NCBI RefSeq assembly: GCF_963853765.1
Contig: NC_088860.1
Coordinates: forward strand, 20,708,001 to 20,772,000
DNA: 64,000 bases
Reading direction: 5' to 3'
Origin: Magallana gigas
Taxonomy: Eukaryota
A program made the translations under genes and the position numbers. Every line of letters starts with the position of its first letter. Positions within the stretch are counted from its first letter, which is position 1. This document shows, in pieces, positions 56,701 to 64,000 of this stretch. Below the pieces are notes generated by a model. The model saw only the letters and a list, made by a program, of their open reading frames with translations. It ran no database searches and was not told the origin of the DNA.

Positions 56701-59700
56701 AATAACTTGCGTTCAGTAAGGTTAAGAGAAAAGTGTTTGAATTGTTTATATATTAATAACTATAATTGTACTCCTGCATAATAATCAATGATCAGAGAAA
56801 CACGGAAAAAATGAAAATTAATAAATTTCATTCATAATCATGTACATGTACTTAATAAAACACCCACACATCATTCGTTATCATATACTTAAAAAACCCC
56901 ACTCATTTCCACTGAAATGAATTATAATCATTTCAAGTAATCGTACACAAATTAAATAATCATTAATTAAGTTTAACTCAGTCAAATTCAACGAAGCTGT
57001 AATTTTTGTGACATTTTTCAAATTCAGTAGCTATGTGTATAGTATTACGTACTTTCGTCTTTGGTCCGAGTATTGAAACGTTTACCTTCACCGATTTTAT
57101 AGACCACCGTACCATGCGTAAGTGACTTAGCATTTATAATTACCTGTACATGTACAGTGTATAATTACCTGTGTCCTGTAACGAAGGTCGGATTTTGCAT
57201 TTATTGGGGTCGACCTCCAGTAGTGTTAGTAACGGGATGATGTATCCACCGTATGCTCCTTGGAAAAGAGGTAACCTGATAAAATATACAAATCAAGAAT
57301 GTGTCATTATCTTTTTTTTTCGCGAGGTGCACAGGGGGAAGGAATGGGTGAGTTGGTGGTCATATTTGTTGGGGGAAATAATGGTGGTTTGGGGCCTTTA
57401 TCAAGCATTTCTTTCGGGGGGGGGGGGGGGTATATTCTGTCTATATATAGGGAAGGATGAGTGTGTCGGGGACATATTTGTTGCGGTAAGAATGTTCCGG
57501 TTGGAGTTAATAAGTGCTGAATATATAAATATTATATGACGCGATTTTTGACATAAAATATTATAAGTAAGAACGCGTAGGCTTCACTAACAACTTTAAA
57601 ATTGCATCCCTTGTCTGTGGGTTGGAGGGCATCAATAGGTTTTTAAGTGTTGAATAGATATTGGACGCGATTATTGAAATAGATACCCTTGCCTGTGAGT
57701 TAAAGTGCATTAGTAGATCCATTTTGGGAGGCTGCTTAATTGTCTTGATAAAATAGGACACCCTGTTGGATCATTCTACAGATGGTCTATATACAAAACC
57801 GGGTAAATGAATCTTAAAAGGGTCCCAATGGAAAGGGGATGGGGGTTTAAATGGAGTTGATATAAAGGAGACATACCGTAACGTTGTTGGGAGCAATCAC
57901 GACCACAGCGAGGAAAGCGTACTTACCTGACGCCAACGACGTTCATAAGAATTGTACAGATTCCGTTGGAGAAGAGGGCGGAGCTAAGCATGTAGGCCAC
58001 GAATTCTTCATCCTCCCCAGCACAGATCACCTTGGAGGCTATCAGAGTAATGGCTAGAGTACCCGAAATGGACATCAGCATTTGCTGTAAATTGAACAAA
58101 TACGACAATAAAATATGTATAATGTGTGTCTTTGAAATCTGCTTTATAATCGATAGCACAAATCTTCACAAATCTATCCTATCCAGTACCAGGGGCGAGG
58201 GGATATCAATAGATCGTCCACCGGCCAAAGCTCCACTCAGTAAACCTTTCTTTTATACTTTATAAGACGAGACAGATTATGGTACATGTACCAATAAAAA
58301 AAACTCCGAAAAAAGCGTTATCGGACATGGCTGAGGATCCCAGCACGTTAAAAACCAGTTTGGCATTTTTTACGCCCGATACTCACTTGAAAAAAATGTT
58401 TTTCCTATACATTGACACATTGTATGCAAATGCAAGCAAACTTAATAGTCTTAAGGAAATGTAAAATCATTGCAGTTCAAGGACAGTAAAATTATTTCAT
58501 GACGTTTAAAATGACAAATCCCCAAAAAATAATACAATGTTTTTTATGCAAGTTACATGTATTTTAGGGGCATGGTCACGATTCTGTTAAAATTCTATTT
58601 TTATTATTTGCAGTGCTTTAGAAATGTATTCTTATGATCAAATAAAATTTGAGAGTCAGTCAAAGAGTTATAAGCAAGATGCAGGGCTCACAATTCTTTG
58701 CCATGTAAACAAGGCTTGTGCCCTATTATTGTTTACATAGGTTTAATATACCAGTAAAAAAAAAATTTTCAAGCTGACTTGTCTTTGTATTCATTTTAAG
58801 CATAGATGTACAGTTTCTTACATTAAACATATTTATTTTAGGTCTAAAACTGAAATTTTTATTTCGACATTCAAAATGTAAACAAAAGCTATGTTTACAA
58901 AGCAAAGAATTGTAAGCTCTGTAACTCGCTTATAACACAACGATTGACACTCAGATTTTGATTACCTATTAAATATGCCTTTCTAAAGCATCGTAAACAT
59001 TAAAATTGGAAAAAAAAAAGTTGACCAAAATCGTGATCTAAAACATTGTAAGGGACCAATTTTTAAACTAATCTCGAATATTTCAGGTGTTTATAAACTG
59101 CCGTGCATCAATTTTGGTTGTTCTTTTTTTTTTTACTTTTTAGCAATAACACATAATTAATGCAAATCACCCAAGCAGAAAATGCATTTAGGTACGAAAA
59201 AATCTAAGAAAAAACTAACTTGGTTTATGAAGTCGTAAACAAAAACATTTGCTGCCTTTTCCAATCAAGGATGTCCAATTAAGGCATTTCATTTTTTAAA
59301 TTTTTATAGCTTCTTGGAAAAGTGACTGCGTGCATTGAGAGACATCAAATGTATTTATTCAAATAAAATATATAACTTAGGTTATTTTGGTATTGCGATT
59401 CCTTGAAATCTATCACTTTTCTTGTTCATTTTGAACACGTTTTATGAAAAGCATAAATTGTAAATATTGTCAATCTTTTATTTCTATAGATACCTTTCTC
59501 CGCATCACTTGAGGAATCAAAAGATGTTTTATTGTCGAGAACTCTCTACCTGTATCGCATTTGCTAAGAGGTCGGTCAAAAAGTGAATACAAAATTGGCT
59601 CTGGGTTTTCGATGATGACGATATGATGTTCCCGTTCGTATTAAAGATGCTGTATAATTAGAGCCCTTTGGTATTAAAACAAAAAATATCGCGTCAAGCG

Positions 59701-62446
59701 TTATATACGTAAAAACTTTATTAACATTAATTATTTTTCTTATTTAAAGGTAGCATGGACTAGCTTGTAACTGTTGTTCTAAATAATTTATTTAAACCAT
59801 GCAGCTAGGTTTTTTTCCTTCTATTCCATGTCATGATTATTAATTTGTTCTGACCTGTTGTAATAAATTGATCCAGTTTTTTTTTAAGAACAACGATGGG
59901 CCGGTCGCAGCATTTACGTATTAATCATCAATTCTCTGTAAAAAGCACAATTTCATATATGTGTCATGTCATTCAAGGTCAGAGATTTTTAACATTAATA
60001 TATTAAAGTGAAATGAAGTGCATGGCGGCGATCTTAGTTGTTTGCTAAGGTTATGAGATGTCATAGAAAGTTTTTTTAACAGCGGTTTTCGATTGAATAT
60101 AGCATTCGTTTTTCAAGATATGGAATAAATTATGTGTGTAAACATTTGTTGGTAAAAATCAATGCATAAAAATATTACCATGGCGACCGCTAAATATTTA
60201 ATAAAAGTTTAAATTGAAATATCTTGGTTCCAGGTGGATATTTTATGTCATTGTTGATAGCGTTTAATGATGTTTGATATTCTGTAAGTTGAGATATTAT
60301 TACGCAACATGAAAATGCTATTGAGCACTTCCAAAAAAATACGTGTCCAAAACAAACCAAATCAGAATTTAAATCCTTAATTCAAAACTCAACAGCAACG
60401 GCCAAATTTTTGTTATAATTAGAAATCAGTTTTTGAATAATATTGCATAAATTTAGGTTACATGCTTGCTCCCTCTAACAAATATTTTGAAAATAAAATG
60501 TTACATAACTAAGTTAGATTCTTGTAAAAGTCCTCTCAGAGGACTGTAAAAAAAAACGAGAGTGTCATTGCATTTACAAAATGATAAATTAAATCTGAAA
60601 TAGCTCAAAATTCTACGAGTGTTCTTTGATCGTCCTGAATGAATTTTTTGTCATATTTACTATATTAGCCACACTTAGGTATCATGGTAACGGATCAACA
60701 AAGAAACAATTCAAGAGTGCATTACTTTCTTTATTTATCAAGGTGCATTGTGCAATGAAATGTACAGATAGTTTATACCGAAGACTATAGCTACATGTAC
60801 ATATATATGCTTAGCCAGCGAAGAGTTGTACAGTATTTACCGAGAATTGATGCTAAATATTATAAATTGTATCTGAATTTGATATGCTTAAAACCTATAG
60901 TTATCGCAGTTTTGTACAGTATGTATATCTGGTATATTTTAAGTCTTCTAGCACTTATCATCATTTGGCTACTGCCCAAAACAACACTTGATATTCTTGA
61001 TGGATTGCAAGAATGTCTCATACATGTGTATTTTTTTTTAATTGTTAACATTTACAGTTGTAAAAATCATTTAAAGGCTACAAATGTCATGTCGTTTAGC
61101 CTCATTTTTTTCAAGTCAAGGGTTTCTGATCCGCTCCGCTCTACAAACCCTTGACCGAAAAGACAATACATATATGCGATTTAACGAATACGCCATCTAT
61201 TGAGTGTACTCATTTTGGAACTTTTGTGACCTCTTGTTCTGACCAATCAGCGAATGCATTATAAACAGAAACAATATAGCAACATGGCTGCTCCCATGAC
61301 AAAATCGTATTTGTAGAGAAGATCGACTCACCCGGACTAAAAACCGATAGCAGTAAGTCAAATACTTACTAGTCCGTCTCAAAATTATTTGACAACAGTT
61401 CAACATTAATCAATACACAATAAATTATTAACATCATTATTGAAACAACGTTTCTTATTGGATCATGCAAACTTGTATGAGACCAACCAGCGGGCGAGGT
61501 TCCTTACCCAGTCAAACTCTGCTTATTAGGTCAAGGGTTTATGTTAGAGCGGAGCGGATCAGAAACCTTTGACTTGGGAAGATGATTTAGCCTGTGTTAG
61601 CTACAATGTCATGGTCGTAACAAAAAATGCGTCAGCACGCGGAAATCTGACATGGCAATTTAATGTCATTTTTTGTACATGTACATCATCGTTAAAAATT
61701 AGATTTTACGAAATGAAATTGGAATGAGCCTAGTATCTGTGGCTTGTCTGTGTAGTTTAAAATTTAAAATTCGTGGAATCTACCGAGTTGGCTCCATCTA
61801 AACCCGGTATGTACAGTACATTTCTGTCGAGACGAACGAGTCAGTTTGAAACCGTTTAGAGAATTTAGAATATTCACGAAGCAAAACGTTCATCCAAGTA
61901 ATTAAAACGTTGTCTATAAAAAAAATTTAGAATTTAAGACTGGTTAAAAAAATATGCCACGATCAGCAATTAAGAGCACTTTAAGATTTGTGTTTACTAT
62001 TTGATCATCATAGCATCGTCAAAATCAATTTGAACTGCAATCGTTTACGTTTACCGTGTAAAGTGCCGAGGAACAATTCATCCAATTCCACGAATAATAG
62101 GTGTTTAGTTTGTCGTTTAGATGGAGTGTGATAGATTGTCGTAAAATTAATACATTCAGTCCTCATAAACATACATGTACATGTATATCCCTTCACCTTT
62201 TTAGATTTTTTTTTAACGAAGAACATTTTTGGCAAGATTTATAACTACATTGCCTTAAGTTTGTTAAATGTGAAATTGTCATACCTGAAGCGAAAAGAAC
62301 AGAAGTAGATGAAATGGTGGAGTTTCGCTTGTTTTATAGAGCAGACGATCGGGGTTGTCTTCCGATATATCCAAGGTGACGTCATTTCCAGTACCGCCAT
62401 TTTCTGCTTCTTCCTTGTAGGACACCTTGCGTTCTCTGTGATTGTT
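50780..62446 (-). CDS. SLC23A: SLC23 / nucleobase-ascorbate transporter (NAT/NCS2) family member, start codon unresolved
   Basis: Minus-strand exons 62446-62285 (RLLYKTSETPPFHLLLFFSLQ), 58084-57927, 57275-57169 (RLPLFQG), 56529-56444, 55884-55703 (LQGCLIL...RFIGPVTIVPTI), 55366-55246, 54817-54661 (WFIFPYPG), 54443-54190 (SIGDYYAC...AVNRGIMVEG...TTYGGNIGAIGVTR), 51991-51718 (GKLSAVFISIPNPVLGG...RNLAIIG), 51372-51277 (LDNTVPG), 51036-50780 (GTLEERGI). Phases are consistent. Candidate short ATG exons at 63615-63581 and 63945-63935 are both phase 2 and would need the alternative acceptor 11 nt inside the first listed exon. Confidence 0.92.
52452..53942 (-). mobile_element. Helentron/HINE-type non-autonomous element with degenerate satellite-like units
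   Basis: On the minus strand it begins TTTAGCTCACCTGAACCGAAGGTTCAAGTGACC followed by GTCC/GTCT microsatellite units. It ends CAGGTGAAATATGTGGCCTATGGACCTCTTTTT (subterminal IR plus palindrome). The interior has about 4-5 degenerate ~130-170-bp units (CTATGTTAAACTTTGAACCC...GGGGCCCCAG...ACAATTTAGAATCT), resembling the oyster Cg170-type satellite. Confidence 0.85.
52730..53305. mobile_element. hAT-like non-autonomous insertion nested in the Helentron
   Basis: TAGGGA...TCCCTA termini with an 8-bp flanking duplication, GTTTGAAC (52722-52729) and GTTTGAAT (53306-53313), splitting one satellite unit. Confidence 0.65.
55003..55213. mobile_element. MITE, CTGTATAC-terminus family
   Basis: TATTGTATATAGGGAAATATTCGCCCCG ... 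CGGGGCGAAAATAACTCTGTATACAGTA; shares its interior with 27104-27284. Confidence 0.8.
58566..59038. mobile_element. Kolobok-like non-autonomous element, diverged copy
   Basis: AGGGGCATGGTCACGATT at the left and TTGACCAAAATCGTGA at the right. Internal blocks (GTCAAAGAGTTATAAGCAAGAT, TGTTTACAAAGCAAAGAATT, TGTAACTCGCTTATAAC) match 4187-4644. Confidence 0.65.
61097..61585. mobile_element. ~490-bp element with ~55-bp TIRs
   Basis: CAAGTCAAGGGTTTCTGATCCGCTCCGCTCTA...AAACCCTTGACC (~61112-61155) is inverted at ~61528-61576. Confidence 0.75.
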
Positions 62447-62524
62447 CTGAAGAGAGTCATAAAATCAATAATTATTTATCTTGAAATAAAACTATTTTTT
62501 ACGTTTTTACATTGTGTTGATACA

Positions 62525-62552
62525 CAGTGACGTCGGAAGCAAATTGAAATGT

Positions 62553-62583
<31 letters not shown>

Positions 62584-62709
62584 GGCTAGACTTTTCAGAA
62601 GCCTTCACAAGCAAAAACAAAAGGGGGTATGGTCATGGTTATATCTAACTTTGTCCCCCAAAAAGTGGGTAAGCCCCTTCCCCTTTTTCCCCACGTTCCG
62701 ACGCCTTTG
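62525..62709. mobile_element. MITE with GTCGGAA TIRs and G-run interior
   Basis: CAGTGACGTCGGAA at 62525 and TTCCGACGCC near 62696-62705; (TG)n plus poly-G inside. Confidence 0.55.
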
Positions 62710-64000
62710 ACGTATGGCGTTTTTTAAAACCTATTTTGACTCGTATTTTATAGTATCGTATACAGTCATGTGTTTTATACACAAATCATTACCACCGCCA
62801 ATCAGTTAATGGCTGACCTTCACTCAATCACTCATCTGTCATCTTAACAAGACAGGTTATAGTCGAATAAAGCAGTTAGCCTTGGACAAAAACATAGAAC
62901 AAATCCTCATTTTCCCATACATATGTGTACATCCATATGCATTCCACTTACAACATTCCGCGTCAACCATGAAATTGGCAGAATTCACTGGACGTGTCAA
63001 ACGTGGACCAGGCACAATGGGAGAAATCGTGAAGGAATGGGTATCATAATAAATGGAGGTATTATTATATGATCATGTTTCAGCAGAAAGGTAAAAGTCA
63101 TTAACGACAAAATAGACCTAATTTTCACAGGGGGGGGGGGGGGATCCCTATTTATTTATAATACTACTTGGGAGACATTCTCGATGTACATAATATTGGG
63201 CTAGGTATCATAATACAATGCATAGAAGCGCGACAAAAATTATCAAGATGCATCAAAACTGCCAACAATAAAATCAAAATGAAAACTGTTCATTCATTTT
63301 TCTACAAATTCGATTAAAGAACCATTTTAATTCTTTTACATAACTGCACACTTGGACGTGTCAATTTTATTCATTTTTCTTCATCAAGATCGGGTGTCTA
63401 TGTGCATTTCATTAATATAATAACAACAACAACAACAATCTGCAGCCTGTATTGTAATTGCGCGTTAATGTTCCTTTGCTTTTAAGCTGTCTGTTTGTAG
63501 CTTCTTTTAAAAAACATGTTATTTTCAGAATATTTAAAAAATATTTCCGCTCAACTGCGTACATGGCTGCAGAATCTTACCGCAAAACTTTTGATTTACA
63601 AGATTTTATCACCATATTTTTATTGAAAACAAACTTTTTTGCTTGAAATGCACTGATTTCATATGCAATCATTTACATTCAAATCTTGATATGGGATAGG
63701 ATGCAAAAATCACTTCATGACGTATCCTAGTCGGAAACTAGTACATGTTCGAGGGTGCGGATATTTTTGAGACATTTACTCTTACTCCCTTGGGAAAAAA
63801 GATAAATCAATGAAATTTCACCAGAAAGTAAACAAGGATATCTTTTGTTAACGTAAAATTTTTTAAGTTAATGACATCCTGGTAAGCTAACAAACTTGCC
63901 TACATCTAATGACCCAGAGCAACCACAAACTCACAGCAACGTCATTTTAACGTTAGTCCATGGTCCTATGTTAATTATAAACACCTTACAAACGAACATA

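Noticed and set aside
58279-58464. 61-aa plus-strand ORF in an SLC23 intron
   Set aside because: No recognisable motif, splice partners or codon signal; expected by chance.
59530-59650. PILYSLFDRP-like segment as the first SLC23 exon
   Set aside because: Frame and phase do not join exon 58084. The exon at 62446-62285 gives the proper LLYKTSETPP...FSLQ motif in phase 0.
41525-62446. Functional clustering of the vesicular amine and ascorbate-family transporters (plus ABCC4)
   Set aside because: The genes are convergent, with no shared promoter. The SLC23 lacks the ascorbate-type Pro, and adjacency alone is not evidence in an animal genome.

Overview
AT-rich, intron-containing animal genomic DNA. 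The repeat families point to a bivalve, most likely a Crassostrea/Magallana oyster (inference). I reconstructed five spliced protein-coding genes by hand from GT-AG sites and reading-frame phase. (1) The 3' two-thirds of an ABCC4/MRP4-type ABC exporter (+, 1253-9656) with a long acidic C-terminal tail. (2) A complete ~455-aa type-I membrane protein (+, 14185-23090): signal peptide, fucolectin/galactose-binding-like, EGF-like, SUEL-like, Sushi, stalk, TM. (3) A convergent PAN-C-type lectin-PAN-TM protein (-, 24037-26625, first exon uncertain) that shares the same juxtamembrane module as gene 2. (4) An SLC18 vesicular amine transporter (+, 41525-48421) with Gln in place of the TM11 Asp, as in Drosophila portabella. 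(5) An SLC23/NAT nucleobase-ascorbate family transporter (-, 50780-62446, start unresolved) with non-canonical signature motifs. Between them are a candidate spliced non-coding transcript (-, ~28150-31810), two Helentron-type non-autonomous elements carrying satellite arrays (one with a nested hAT-like insertion), Kolobok-like and many TA-flanked MITEs, long palindromes, microsatellites and a 129-N assembly gap. The octamer TACATGTA is strongly over-represented. Most ORFs in the supplied track are exon read-throughs or antisense shadows. Domain and family calls come from motif recognition only; no searches were run.
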